64,000 bases of DNA, taken from contig JAVJQW010000050.1 of the NCBI GenBank assembly GCA_040218735.1, positions 64,001 to 128,000 on the forward strand. Direction: 5' to 3'. The position numbers and the translations under genes are program-made. Below the pieces are notes generated by a model. That model was not told the DNA's origin. It saw only the letters and a list, made by a program, of their open reading frames with translations, and did not search any database. Source of the stretch: Deltaproteobacteria bacterium (lineage in GTDB: Bacteria > Myxococcota > Kuafuiibacteriia > Kuafuiibacteriales > Kuafuiibacteriaceae). Shown in pieces: positions 52,596 to 63,000 of the stretch (positions within the stretch are counted from its first letter, which is position 1; every line of letters begins with the position of its first letter).

Positions 52596-55016
52596 TCAGG
52601 GCTCCGCGTAACGCGGGACGATCTCCGCGACCCAGAGCCGCCCTTCGTCCACTTCGACGAGGAGCTCGCGTCGCTCGGCGCCCTCCCCGATTTCGATGCG
52701 GTGGGGCGCCGCGTTCGTCTGGAAGACGAACCCCGAGGTCGGGAGCGCTTCGAACCGACCGAGCGTACGCCGATCGAGCAGGTCGACGACTTCGCCCTCG
52801 TCGACATCGACCACACTGACGAAGTAGGTCTCGGCGCGCGGGAAGTAGACGTGGCGGCCGACGAGCGCGAGGTCGAGCGACGAGCCCACCGTTTGCACGT
52901 TCAGCGGCTTCGATGACTCACCGACGGCGAAGTACACGAGCTCCGACCCTACATCGATCGCGACACCGCGCACCCCGCTGTCGTCGAACACGACCTGCTG
53001 GAACGACCGGACGAGGTTCGCGCCAGCGCCCCCCTGCAGGCTGGCTTGCACGAAACCGACGCCGTCGTGGAGGAGAGCCAGACCGCCCTTCGTCCCGATC
53101 CGCCCCTCGCGGTCGAGGGCGAGCGGTCCCCCGGGGAGATCAGCGCGCGGATGCGCCGGATCGTCCAGGTCGAACGTCGACGACCTCCGGGCGTCGGTGG
53201 ACGTCACGAGATAGCGCCCGGTGTCGTCGAGCACCGGGAGAGGAACCGACCACATCTCACTCGCGACTTGTTCCGATCTTCCCGCCTGCCGTTTCCAGAC
53301 GCCATCGTTCGTCGTCCACACCAAGCGTTCGCGACGTTCGTCGATGGCGACCACGCCCCCCCGACTCGAAGGTAGCGGCTCCATCTGCCCGTCGCCGGCG
53401 ACCAGCGCGAAGCCATCGTCGGTCCTGACGACCAACCGCCCATCGTGCTGGCCCTCCAGCGCGAGTACCCGCACGCCGGGATCGATCCGGACCGGGGCGT
53501 CCGCTGTACCTCCGTCGAGGCCCTGCGCCCAGACGACGTAGTCCCGGACCGCGAACGCCGTGTCGCCCGCGACGAAGGACACGCGCTCGAGACCGATGCG
53601 ACGCAGGGGGGCCGTCCCGTCGAGCGGCACCGCGTGGGTCCCTTCGGCGTCGAACACGAATAGCCACTCCCGTTCGACCCGCGTCGAGAAGACGCGGGGG
53701 CCCCACGGACGGCTCTGTCGTGCCACCTGCGTCTCGTCGACGACGAACACCGCAGACTCGGTGTGATCGCGCGTCGCCACGAACCCGTAGGGCACCGCGA
53801 AGGCCGACGCCCCCAGATCGATCGGTGCCCCGCCCTGCGCGGCGACGGCCTGACAATCGCCCGCCGGACACACGTAGACGTGTCCAGCCGTAAGCCCCCC
53901 GTCCCCGCACGAGACGTTGTCCGTCTCCAAGATGATCGCGGGCGCGCTTCGCCCGTCGCGCGGCACGCGCTCCACGCTCCCGCCCCGGCACAGATAGACG
54001 GCGTCGTCGTCCGCGGCGAACACGAAGTGGGGCGCCTCCTCCCAGTCGACGAGCATCGACGCCGAGCTCGTCCGTACGAGGGACTGCGCGAAGAGGGCGC
54101 GTCGCGTGGGTGCGTCGTTCGCGTAGCGCTCGTAGACGACCAGGTCCTCGTGGACGTGCCGCACGAGGACGGATTCGTCGAGCTCGTCGGGGATCCGAAC
54201 GACCGGCACGAGCTCGGCGGGCCCCTCGAGCGCGAGTCGAGCGACGCCCGTATCGGAGTCCTCGAGGACGGCGTACGTGTCGTCGAAGAATCCGATGACG
54301 TTGTAGCGACCGACGTCGACCTCGACCGGCGACGCGTCCCGGCGAAGGTCGAGGATGGAGAACACGTTGCCGTTCTGCCGCACGACGTAGGGACCGACGA
54401 CCCGACCGGCGTAGGGGAGGACACGCGCGGTGCCGCCCGCGACGGGGACGGCGATCGGCGGCTCCGCGTCGACGACGAGGTAATCGCCATCCCCCGAGAA
54501 CTGCGCGGTGACGAAGGGTGCGTCTCGCACCACCGCCGCGGCCGGCTGTGAACCGTCGAGCAATGCAACGTACAGCGCCTCGTCGGCACGGAACGCGACG
54601 AAGGTCGAGGTCGGGTCGATCACGAACGCGGTCGGTGCATTCCGCCCGACGGGATAATCCAGGCGCCGCGCGACGCCCGCCTCCGCTCGGTGCAACGCGA
54701 ACAGCCCGTCGCCCGACCGGACCACGGCGACGCTACCGTCCGGCGACACGGCCACGATGTACGGTGTTTCGTTCAGCTCGCCGGCGTACCCGCTCGCGCG
54801 CGTCGGGCCGAGCGGCACCCACGCGCGTGTCGGCGCCGACAGATCCAGCACGGCGGGGCTCTCGAGACCTCGATGCGCGACGGCCACGAGTGACCACCCG
54901 ACCGCCCTCGGATCCTCCGTCTCGGCGAGCGTCGCCACGTCGGCGTCCGAGCAGGCGGCGAGCCCCATCACCGCGAGGACGCGGATGCAACCTGACGCGC
55001 CTCTCACGCGGGACAC
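52596..55016 (-). CDS. Large beta-propeller-like lipoprotein
   Basis: Lipobox LAA-C; repeated beta-blade motifs (SPDGS, FSGDGDY). Confidence 0.65.
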   Translation of the reverse strand: MSRVRGASGCIRVLAVMGLAACSDADVATLAETEDPRAVGWSLVAVAHRGLESPAVLDLSAPTRAWVPLGPTRASGYAGELNETPYIVAVSPDGSVAVVRSGDGLFALHRAEAGVARRLDYPVGRNAPTAFVIDPTSTFVAFRADEALYVALLDGSQPAAAVVRDAPFVTAQFSGDGDYLVVDAEPPIAVPVAGGTARVLPYAGRVVGPYVVRQNGNVFSILDLRRDASPVEVDVGRYNVIGFFDDTYAVLEDSDTGVARLALEGPAELVPVVRIPDELDESVLVRHVHEDLVVYERYANDAPTRRALFAQSLVRTSSASMLVDWEEAPHFVFAADDDAVYLCRGGSVERVPRDGRSAPAIILETDNVSCGDGGLTAGHVYVCPAGDCQAVAAQGGAPIDLGASAFAVPYGFVATRDHTESAVFVVDETQVARQSRPWGPRVFSTRVEREWLFVFDAEGTHAVPLDGTAPLRRIGLERVSFVAGDTAFAVRDYVVWAQGLDGGTADAPVRIDPGVRVLALEGQHDGRLVVRTDDGFALVAGDGQMEPLPSSRGGVVAIDERRERLVWTTNDGVWKRQAGRSEQVASEMWSVPLPVLDDTGRYLVTSTDARRSSTFDLDDPAHPRADLPGGPLALDREGRIGTKGGLALLHDGVGFVQASLQGGAGANLVRSFQQVVFDDSGVRGVAIDVGSELVYFAVGESSKPLNVQTVGSSLDLALVGRHVYFPRAETYFVSVVDVDEGEVVDLLDRRTLGRFEALPTSGFVFQTNAAPHRIEIGEGAERRELLVEVDEGRLWVAEIVPRYAEP

Positions 55017-55050
55017 ACTACCGCACGCGGCGATGGGATTGGACTGGGCC

Positions 55051-56511
55051 TCAGATCAGTACGCCGATCACGCACGCGGTCATGAACGCCGCGAGGGTGC
55101 CGCCGATCATCGCGCGCAGGCCCAGCCGCGCGAGGTCCGATCGCCGCTCCGGGGCGAGCGGGGAGATGCCGCCGATCTGGATGGCGATGGAGCCGAAGTT
55201 CGCGAAGCCGCACATCGCGTAGGTCGCGATGACGAAGGAGCGCTGCGAGGCGAGCTGTGGGGCCTGCTGGGCGAGCTGCAGGTACGCGACGAACTCGTTG
55301 AGGATCGTCTTGATGCCGAGGAGGCTGCCGATGATCTGGGCGTCCTCCCAGGCGATGCCCATGCACCACGCGAGCGGGCGCAGGACGTAGCCGAGGATCA
55401 GCTCCAGCGTGACCGGCTCGGTGGCGCCCAGCAGCTCCGCGACGCCGCCGATGATCCCATTCACCATCGCGATCAGCGCGACGAACGCGAGGAGCATCGC
55501 GCCGACGTTGAGCGCGAGCTGAAGCCCCTCCCCCGCGCCGCGCGCCGCGGCGTCGATGATGTTGGCGTCCTGCGAAGGTAGGTCGACCTTCAGCGTACCG
55601 AACGTCGCCGACTTCGTCGGGTCGGGCTCCGGCACCATGATCTTCGCGATCACCAGCGCCGCCGGCGCGCTCATGATCGACGCACACAGCAGGTGCCCCG
55701 CGATCCCCGGGAACACGTTCTTGAGGATGCCGACGTAAGCGACCATCACGCCGCCGGCGACGGTGGCGAAGCCGCCGGTCATCACCGCCATCAGCTCCGA
55801 CAGCGTCATCTCCTTGATGAACGGCCGCACGAGCAGCGGCGCCTCCGTCTGACCGACGAAGATGTTGCCGGTCGCGGAGAGGGTCTCGGCGCCGCTGGTG
55901 CGCATCGTCTTCTGCATGAAGAGCGCGAGCACGTTCACGAGCTTCTGCATGACACCGAGGTGGTAGAGCACCGCCATCAGCGACGAGAAGAAGATGATCG
56001 TCGGCAGCACACCGAACGCGAAGTACGCGCCGATGTTCACCCACGTGAAGTCCTCGACCGGAATCACCGGCGCCATCTTCGCGTCGGCCAACCAGCCCGG
56101 CGTCGCACCCGCCGCGGGCATCGGCACCACCGACGTGCCGACCGGCATCGTGTTCTGCACCGCGAGGTTGCCGAACAGGAACTGCGACCCCTTCGCGGTG
56201 TAGCCGAGGATCGCGGTGACGGCCTTGTCGAACGCGCCGAAGAACTTCTCGCCGGGGCCCGTGCGCGTGATGACGCCGAGCGCGAGCTGCAACCCGACGC
56301 CGGTGCCGACCAGCCGCCACGAGATGTTCTTGCGATCCGACGACAGCGCGACCGCGATGCCGATCATCACGAACAGCCCGAGGAAACTCCGGACCCGTCC
56401 GAACCAATCGACGGGGATCGTCTGGTCCCCGATGTCCGCGTAGGCCACCGCCGCGAAGAGCAGCCCCGCCAGCACGACGAGCCCGATCCGCGCACCCTTC
56501 GAATGCCTCAC
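55051..56511 (-). CDS. nupC: CNT/NupC-family Na+(H+)/nucleoside cotransporter
   Basis: VLPTIIFFS, NIFVGQTEAP, GGFATVAGG, NEFVAY, CGFANFGSIAIQIGG. Confidence 0.93.
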   Translation of the reverse strand: MRHSKGARIGLVVLAGLLFAAVAYADIGDQTIPVDWFGRVRSFLGLFVMIGIAVALSSDRKNISWRLVGTGVGLQLALGVITRTGPGEKFFGAFDKAVTAILGYTAKGSQFLFGNLAVQNTMPVGTSVVPMPAAGATPGWLADAKMAPVIPVEDFTWVNIGAYFAFGVLPTIIFFSSLMAVLYHLGVMQKLVNVLALFMQKTMRTSGAETLSATGNIFVGQTEAPLLVRPFIKEMTLSELMAVMTGGFATVAGGVMVAYVGILKNVFPGIAGHLLCASIMSAPAALVIAKIMVPEPDPTKSATFGTLKVDLPSQDANIIDAAARGAGEGLQLALNVGAMLLAFVALIAMVNGIIGGVAELLGATEPVTLELILGYVLRPLAWCMGIAWEDAQIIGSLLGIKTILNEFVAYLQLAQQAPQLASQRSFVIATYAMCGFANFGSIAIQIGGISPLAPERRSDLARLGLRAMIGGTLAAFMTACVIGVLI

Positions 56512-56535
56512 CGGCGGACCATACCCCAGCCGGGG

Positions 56536-58536
56536 TCAGACCTTCACGCGCTCGGCCTGCGCGATCGCCTCGAGCACCGGCCCGGCCCCGTCGGGGGTCG
56601 GCGTCGGACCGAACCGCCACGCCTCGTACGTGAGCACCGCGCGCCGCGCCGCCGCCCGACGGGCCGCGGGGACGGACGCGAGGAGCTGGCCGAGCGTCGA
56701 GGTCTCGTCGCCGTCGGGGTCGAGCATGCGACGTAGCCTGGAGCCCAGCACGTCGGGGCGACGCCGACGACGACGCCACGACCACCACCCGCCGACGACG
56801 ACGGGGACCAGCAGCAGCACGAGGCCCACCGCGCCTCCCCGACCGCCGCCGCCGCTCGGGCCGCCGCCGGTGAGCTCGTCCACGAGCGGGAGCTCACCGA
56901 GCTGCTCGCTGACCTCGCCGATGAGGCGACGCCGCTTCGCTTCGTCGAAGTCGACGACCTTGTCGTACCAGAGTTTGTCGAGCGCCTTGTAGAAGTCCGA
57001 GAACCACGCGAACACCTCCGGCTTGCGACGCGCGCGCGCGTCCGCGGGCGTCGCGTCGACCCACTGCCACCCCTCGTCCTCGTGGAAGATCTCGACCCAC
57101 GCGTGCGCGTCGTCCTCGCTCATCTCGAGGTACGCGCCGGCGTCGTTCCAGCGCCCGCCGTAGTACCCGGTGACGACGCGCGCCGGCACGCCGACCACCC
57201 GCAACAGCACCGCGAGCGCGCCCGCGTACAGCTCGCAGTGACCGGCCTTCGCTTCGAAGAGGAAACGGATCAACGGGTTGTCGCTTTCGCCCTCCAGCGG
57301 ATCGAGGCTGTACGCGTACCCCACCGCGAAGTGCCGCAACATCGCCGCGACCTTCGCGTCGGTGGTCATCGTCTCGGTCACGAGCCCCTCCGCGAGCTGA
57401 CGGATGCGGGGATCGAGATCGTCGGGGAGCTGCCGCAGCCGCGCGAGCTGCGCCGCACGCACCTCGGGGCGCCGCGGCACGACCTCCGCCTTGCGCCCGA
57501 GGTCGACCTTGTAGGCCACCGCCTTCTTGCGCGGGAACGACTGCGAGATCCAGTTGCCGCTCTCCGTCGTGCTGAGCCCGCGCACCATGACGTAGCGCGG
57601 CTCGGTTCGTCCGAACGCCGCCACCGGATGCGCCTGACCGATGCGCGCGATGCGCTCCATCGAGACCCGCACGGTCTGCGGGCCGTCGTCCGCGGTGAAC
57701 TCGAGGGGCCCGCCGTCGTAGCGGTTCCACCGGCTGTAGAGCGAAGTCGTGCGACCGCCCTCCCCCTCCGTGAACGTCTTGCCGTCGAACACGTTCAGCG
57801 CGAACAGGCGGGCGTAGAGCCCCTCGGCGACGCCGGGCCCCGCCCGCTCCTGCACCTCGATCTGCAACACCGCCGCGCCGCCGCCGGGCGGACGCACGCC
57901 GCCGACCTCCAGATCCATCGATCGCGTCGCCCCCGCGAGCTGCATGAAGTAGCCGGGCGAGAGCAGCCGGGAGAAGTGGTAACGCGGCAGCAGCGATACG
58001 GTGAGGAAGCCCGCCATCATCAACGCGAGGCTCCAGCCGGCGATCGTCCGCATCTGCCGCGGCGCCGGGCGACGGCCCACGTCGGGGTGACTCGCGAGGA
58101 GCGTCGCGGCCCACAGCGACCACATCGCGGTCGGCAAGTACGTCAACGCGATCAGCAGGAACGCCAGCCCCGGAGAGATCGTGGTCGCCGCGGCGATGAG
58201 CACCGACGCCGCGCCGATGATGATGAGGTCGTCGCGGTGCCCGGCGCGCAGCACGAACCGGTTCGCGACGCCGAGCATCACGATCATCAGCACGCCGTCG
58301 ATGCGCTCCTGCCCGAAGACGATCAGCGCGCCGCCGAGGAGCACCACGGTCGACGCGTGAACGATGACACGCAGCGCGAGCGGGCTCGGGCGGTGCAGCC
58401 GCGGCGCGAAGATCCACACCAGGACCATCGTCGCCGCCGCGGCGAGCGCGAGCCGTACGGTCCCCTGGAGCATGCCGGACAACGCGATCGTCACGGCGAG
58501 GGTCATCGCCAGCCGGTGGACCTTCGCGACCGTCAC
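56536..58536 (-). CDS. TgpA-like transglutaminase (DUF3488 membrane region plus transglutaminase core)
   Basis: GHCELYAGA, RVVTGY, AHAWVE, VDATP. Confidence 0.9.
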   Translation of the reverse strand: MTVAKVHRLAMTLAVTIALSGMLQGTVRLALAAAATMVLVWIFAPRLHRPSPLALRVIVHASTVVLLGGALIVFGQERIDGVLMIVMLGVANRFVLRAGHRDDLIIIGAASVLIAAATTISPGLAFLLIALTYLPTAMWSLWAATLLASHPDVGRRPAPRQMRTIAGWSLALMMAGFLTVSLLPRYHFSRLLSPGYFMQLAGATRSMDLEVGGVRPPGGGAAVLQIEVQERAGPGVAEGLYARLFALNVFDGKTFTEGEGGRTTSLYSRWNRYDGGPLEFTADDGPQTVRVSMERIARIGQAHPVAAFGRTEPRYVMVRGLSTTESGNWISQSFPRKKAVAYKVDLGRKAEVVPRRPEVRAAQLARLRQLPDDLDPRIRQLAEGLVTETMTTDAKVAAMLRHFAVGYAYSLDPLEGESDNPLIRFLFEAKAGHCELYAGALAVLLRVVGVPARVVTGYYGGRWNDAGAYLEMSEDDAHAWVEIFHEDEGWQWVDATPADARARRKPEVFAWFSDFYKALDKLWYDKVVDFDEAKRRRLIGEVSEQLGELPLVDELTGGGPSGGGGRGGAVGLVLLLVPVVVGGWWSWRRRRRRPDVLGSRLRRMLDPDGDETSTLGQLLASVPAARRAAARRAVLTYEAWRFGPTPTPDGAGPVLEAIAQAERVKV

Positions 58537-59603
58537 GCGACCCCCACCGCCCCGTTGCGGCGTACGACCAACCGCTCCGTCGCCTCGGCGGGCGCGCGCG
58601 ATCCCAGGGCCACGAGCCACGTCGACGGGAGGCGTCGCGCCGTCGCGAGCTTCGCGTTCGGCTCCACGCGCGCCAACAGATCCAGCAAGCGATCGATCGA
58701 CGCCTCACCCGGCTCGAGGATGTCCTCACCGATGCACAACCCCACGGCGCGCCCCGCAGCGTGCCACGCGAGCAAGGCAGCTTGCGCGTGCTCCAGCGTG
58801 CGCTCGACGGCGACCGGATCGCCGCCCTCCAGGGCCACGCCGAGCCACGCGACGGGGCGTTCGACGCCGGCGGTCTCGATGATGACGTCGCGCCCGAGCG
58901 CCATCGATCGGCGCGCGTGCACGCGGCGGCGGTCTTCGTGTTCCTTGCGCTCGCGCAGTCCATAGACCTCGAGGCCCGCGCCGCGGCGTTGGTGGATGTC
59001 ACCGTCCCCAGCGCGGCTGCGCGGCTCCACGAGGATGGGCGCAACGTCGATCCGCCGCGGCCGCACGAACACCTCGACGTCGACGTCGACGTCACGGGTC
59101 TTGTGAATGAGATCGAACGGGAACGTCGTCGACAGCTCCAGCCGCGCGAGGCGCGCCGGCCCACGGCGGTCGAAGCGTCGCGCCGCGATGACCTTGGCCT
59201 GACCGCGCTCGAGGATCGGCACGGACGCGATGAGCACGTCGGGTGACTTCTTCCGCCAGCTCTTCCAGGGCCGCCAGATGGAGTGCGGGCGCTCGTGCAC
59301 CGTGAAGGCGTAGCCGGTCTTGCCGTCCTCGCGGTGCAGCGTCACCTCCAACCGCGCGGGTTCCCCGGCGAACGCGGGTCCCACCGGTCGGATGCGCGTA
59401 CGCACGCCGGTGACGTTGCGCTCGGAGAGGATGCCCGAGAGCACGATCGATCCGAGCGTCGCGCCGAGGAGCATGAACAGCAGGTTGTTGCTCGCGGTGA
59501 TCGCGGCGGTGCCGAGCACAAACGGCGACAGGAACACGAACCAGCCGGCGCGCGTCGGGAACGCGCGCCGCGGGGGGTGGAGGTAACGCTGGAGGAACTG
59601 CAC
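58533..59603 (-). CDS. DUF58 domain protein
   Basis: NNLLFMLLG, STTFPFDL, YGLRE..EDRRRVH.RRS; lies between MoxR and the transglutaminase. Confidence 0.85.
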   Translation of the reverse strand: MQFLQRYLHPPRRAFPTRAGWFVFLSPFVLGTAAITASNNLLFMLLGATLGSIVLSGILSERNVTGVRTRIRPVGPAFAGEPARLEVTLHREDGKTGYAFTVHERPHSIWRPWKSWRKKSPDVLIASVPILERGQAKVIAARRFDRRGPARLARLELSTTFPFDLIHKTRDVDVDVEVFVRPRRIDVAPILVEPRSRAGDGDIHQRRGAGLEVYGLRERKEHEDRRRVHARRSMALGRDVIIETAGVERPVAWLGVALEGGDPVAVERTLEHAQAALLAWHAAGRAVGLCIGEDILEPGEASIDRLLDLLARVEPNAKLATARRLPSTWLVALGSRAPAEATERLVVRRNGAVGVA

Positions 59604-59614
59604 GCGGGCGCCCC

Positions 59615-60598
59615 TCAGACCGGGACGGGGATCGCGTCGACGAGCTCGGTGAGGACCGCCTCCGCCTCGGCGCGCGGCGCGCGATCGTCTCCGCGGAGCA
59701 CGACGCGGTGCGAGCACACCGGGACGGCGAGGCCCTTCACGTCGTCGGGCGTGACGAAGCGACGCCCGTCGAGGATCGCGTGGGCGCGGACGGCCCGCGC
59801 GAACCAGATCGCGCCGCGCGTGGAGACGCCGGTCTCGAGCGCAGAGCTCTCGCGCGTCGCGCGCACGATCGCCTGGAGGTAGCGGACGACGTCGGGTGCG
59901 ATCGTCACGTCATCGACGGCGGCGAACAGCGCCTTCGCGGTGTCAGCGCCGAAGGCCGGCTCGATGTCTTCGACGTCTTCGAGATCCTCGCCGAGGAGGA
60001 GGCGGTGCTCGACGTCTTCGCCGGGGTAGCCGATCGCGGTGCGGATCAGGAAGCGGTCGAGCTGCGACTGGGGGAGCACGTAGACGCCGTGGTGTTCGAC
60101 CGGGTTCTGGGTCGCGATCACCAGGAACGGATCCGGGAGCTCGTAGGTCGTGCCGTCGACGGAGACCGAGCGCTCCGCCATCGCTTCCAGCAAACCGCTC
60201 TGCGTGCGGGGGGTCGCGCGGTTGAGCTCGTCGGCGAGCACGACGTTTGCGAAGATCGGCCCGCGCCGGAACACCAAAGCCTGTCTCGAGTCGTCGAGGA
60301 CCGGGCCGCCGACGATGTCGGCCGGGAGCAGGTCGGCGGTCAGCTGCACCCGGTTGAAGGTGCCGCCGATCGCGCGGGCGAGCGCGCGCGCGAGGGTGGT
60401 CTTGCCGACGCCGGGGACGTCCTCGAGCAGCACGTGTCCGCGCGCGAGGAATCCGACGAGCGCGAGGCGGACAACGTCCTCCTTGCCGCGGACCACTCGA
60501 CCGATGCGCCGGATGGCCTGCTCGAGGGCAACGTGGACAGTGGGTTCGATGACGGCCGCTTGCATGTCGGGCGACGCGGTTTGCGAACTTCGTTCCAT
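59615..60598 (-). CDS. MoxR-family AAA+ ATPase
   Basis: GHVLLEDVPGVGKT, LADELNRATPRTQSGLLEAM, IATQNP, QLDRF. Confidence 0.95.
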   Translation of the reverse strand: MERSSQTASPDMQAAVIEPTVHVALEQAIRRIGRVVRGKEDVVRLALVGFLARGHVLLEDVPGVGKTTLARALARAIGGTFNRVQLTADLLPADIVGGPVLDDSRQALVFRRGPIFANVVLADELNRATPRTQSGLLEAMAERSVSVDGTTYELPDPFLVIATQNPVEHHGVYVLPQSQLDRFLIRTAIGYPGEDVEHRLLLGEDLEDVEDIEPAFGADTAKALFAAVDDVTIAPDVVRYLQAIVRATRESSALETGVSTRGAIWFARAVRAHAILDGRRFVTPDDVKGLAVPVCSHRVVLRGDDRAPRAEAEAVLTELVDAIPVPV

Positions 60599-60675
60599 CG
60601 CGGGACGTCGCGATTGTGGCACGAACAGTATGTCGAGCGTTACTCAGGTGGGCGCTTCGAGGGCCGCACAGCTCT

Positions 60676-62031
60676 CTAGAAGCCGAGCACCACCGTGCTG
60701 TTCGAGGGGGGCCCCGAGCCGTTCGTCGCGGCCACGGCGGCCACCGTCCCCGCCGCAGCCGCCGCCACGACGACGCCGCCCACCGTGGCCCAGAACCACC
60801 ACTGGTCGGTGACCGGCCCGTCCTCTTCGACGGTCGGCGCGGCGGTCGCGACGACCTGGACCGCGGCGCGCTGCGCCTCGAACGCGGCGAGGATCGTCGC
60901 GCTGGCGACCTCCGGGTCCTCGACGATGCCCGTCGGCCCGATCTTCAGGGGCGCCTCGCCCGCCGCGACGAGCACACCCTCGACCTTGTCGCCGGACAGC
61001 AGCGTCGAATACCGCAGCGCCACGAGCGTCTCGACGCCGAGCTCTTCACGCAGCCGCTCCACGGCCGTCACGTCGCTGGCGAGGTTCGGCGCCAGGCCGT
61101 CGACCCGCTCGCGGACGTCGGAGGCCTCGAGCTCCAGCGACACCGAGGACGAGGCCTCGCCGCGCACCGGCGCGAGGGTGCCGTAGGGGTGATAACCAAC
61201 GCGCTCCGCGCGGACCTGGTGCCACCCGTCGGGGAGGCCCGCGATGTCGAGCGGCGCGAAGCCCTTGAACAACCCGTCGACGAACACCGCACCGCCCGTG
61301 GGCACGGTCTCCACGCGCAGCGTCCCGGTGGCCCGCGACGGCACGCCCGCGACGATCGCGCGGAAGCGCTTGCGGACGTTGGACGGGTAGCGCGCGTCGG
61401 ACGGCTCGAAGTCCGGGGACGTCACGGCGAGCGCGACGAAGATCGCGTTCGCGAGGACGGACTGCCCTTCGAAGAGCACCGTCGCGCCGTACGCGAAGAT
61501 CGCGGTGTCGAGGACCTCGAGCTCGTTCGGCTTCAGCTCGTCGCGGTAGGAGAGGAGCTGGTTGACGCCGATCTCCAGCTGCACGCCGGCGTTTTCGAGA
61601 TCGAGCTCCTCGAACGCGCGGATGCCGTCGTCGATCGCGTCCTTCGCCGACTCGATCGTGGTGCGCGCGACGTCGCGCGACGTTCCGCCGTCGAGCTGCC
61701 GCACGAGCGTGGTCGCGCGCTGCCCGCGCGCCGCGGCGAGTTTGTTCGTCACCGCGCGGGCGATGCGGTGGCCGCGCTCCATGTCCACGGGTTTGGTCGG
61801 GACCAACACCGCGAGCGAGGCGGGTGTGTCGGGGGGCGGCGGTGGCGGAGGCGGCGCGACGATCGGAGGCGCGTCGCCCTTGGGCAGCTCGTCCGGCGCG
61901 TCGCCCTCGGGCGGGGGCGGCTCGACCGCCTCCTCGCCGAAGCCGATGTCGAATGTCTGCGACTCACCCTCGGGCGTGTCTTCGCCCGACTGCGCGACCG
62001 CCAAGACGAGGATGAGGGCCCACGGCGCCAT
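60676..62031 (-). CDS. PEGA domain protein
   Basis: Signal peptide; GTLRVETVPTGGAVFVDG..G.APL...GWHQVRAERVGY; C-terminal WWFWATVGGVV. Confidence 0.85.
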   Translation of the reverse strand: MAPWALILVLAVAQSGEDTPEGESQTFDIGFGEEAVEPPPPEGDAPDELPKGDAPPIVAPPPPPPPPDTPASLAVLVPTKPVDMERGHRIARAVTNKLAAARGQRATTLVRQLDGGTSRDVARTTIESAKDAIDDGIRAFEELDLENAGVQLEIGVNQLLSYRDELKPNELEVLDTAIFAYGATVLFEGQSVLANAIFVALAVTSPDFEPSDARYPSNVRKRFRAIVAGVPSRATGTLRVETVPTGGAVFVDGLFKGFAPLDIAGLPDGWHQVRAERVGYHPYGTLAPVRGEASSSVSLELEASDVRERVDGLAPNLASDVTAVERLREELGVETLVALRYSTLLSGDKVEGVLVAAGEAPLKIGPTGIVEDPEVASATILAAFEAQRAAVQVVATAAPTVEEDGPVTDQWWFWATVGGVVVAAAAAGTVAAVAATNGSGPPSNSTVVLGF

Positions 62032-62054
62032 CGGCCGCGGATTCTACAGACAAT

Positions 62055-62507
62055 TCAGACGGGGAACAGGCCGGCGCGCGCGATGATCAGCTCGACGAGC
62101 CGCTCGCGGCCGCGGATGAAGTTCGACAGCACGAAGCCGCCTCGCTTGGTCGTGATGTAGTAACCCCCGAGCGGGATGTCCGACCACTTCACGTGGACGA
62201 TGTCCTCCCAAGGGAAGTGCGCGAACTCGGTGGCGCCGCGTACGGTGACCCCGTACTCGTCGACCACGTAGGCCATGCTCCAGTAGTAGAAGACGAAGAC
62301 CAGGAAGAACGCGACGAAGAACGCGATCGAGACGAACGCGTAGGTGGGCATTCCACCCGCTGCGGCGGCGAGGAGGCCTATCCCCAACCAGACGATGAGG
62401 GCCAGCAGGACGGCGACGCGGATGAGCCACGACGCCCGAAACTCCTGACTGGCGAACAGACGCGGCACCTGAAATTCATTAAAGCGCCTCGCGCCAGGCC
62501 CTGGCAA
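62055..62507 (-). CDS. Two-TM membrane protein with bacterial PH-like domain
   Basis: Two TM helices, then VVDEYGVTVRG...FPWEDIV. Confidence 0.65.
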   Translation of the reverse strand: MPGPGARRFNEFQVPRLFASQEFRASWLIRVAVLLALIVWLGIGLLAAAAGGMPTYAFVSIAFFVAFFLVFVFYYWSMAYVVDEYGVTVRGATEFAHFPWEDIVHVKWSDIPLGGYYITTKRGGFVLSNFIRGRERLVELIIARAGLFPV

Positions 62508-62531
62508 GTCGGGCCGCGCCGTGTGGGGGGG

Positions 62532-62993
62532 TCAGCTGAAGCTGAGGAGCATCGAACGGAACTCGCTGCGCACCCGCTCGAACGACGCACCGTCGAGGTG
62601 CGACGCGATGACCGTGTACGCGATGCCGTCCTTGATGACGACGAGCTGCATCTGACGCACACGCTCACCGCCCGCGCCGACGATCACCTGCTCGGTGAGC
62701 AGCGCGGGGTGTCCGCCGGTGATCTCGACGCGCTCGTTCGAACCGATCTGCTCACGCGGTACGCCGGCCTCCTTCAGCCCCTGGACCTGCCGGTCGACGT
62801 ACTTCTCGGGCGTCTCCTGCGGGGAGACCTGCTCGAGCGTCGTGATGAGGTTCCGCTGGAAGGGCTGCACCGCCTTCGTGGTCAGCATCCCCTGACCGGG
62901 CGTGTCGTCGACCGGCCCCGCGAGGATGATCGACGACAGCGTCCAAGCCTTGGGCGCATCGAGCGAGAACGTTCCGAACGTCACGCGCGTCAT
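62532..62993 (-). CDS. DcrB-related/DUF1795 (PsbP-like) protein
   Basis: FSLDAPKAW, NLITTLE, YVDRQV, VRQMQLVV, MLLSFS. Confidence 0.65.
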   Translation of the reverse strand: MTRVTFGTFSLDAPKAWTLSSIILAGPVDDTPGQGMLTTKAVQPFQRNLITTLEQVSPQETPEKYVDRQVQGLKEAGVPREQIGSNERVEITGGHPALLTEQVIVGAGGERVRQMQLVVIKDGIAYTVIASHLDGASFERVRSEFRSMLLSFS

Positions 62994-63000
62994 GAGCGGC

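Noticed and set aside
56536-60598. MoxR-DUF58-transglutaminase triad as a novel system
   Set aside because: A widespread, previously described gene arrangement.
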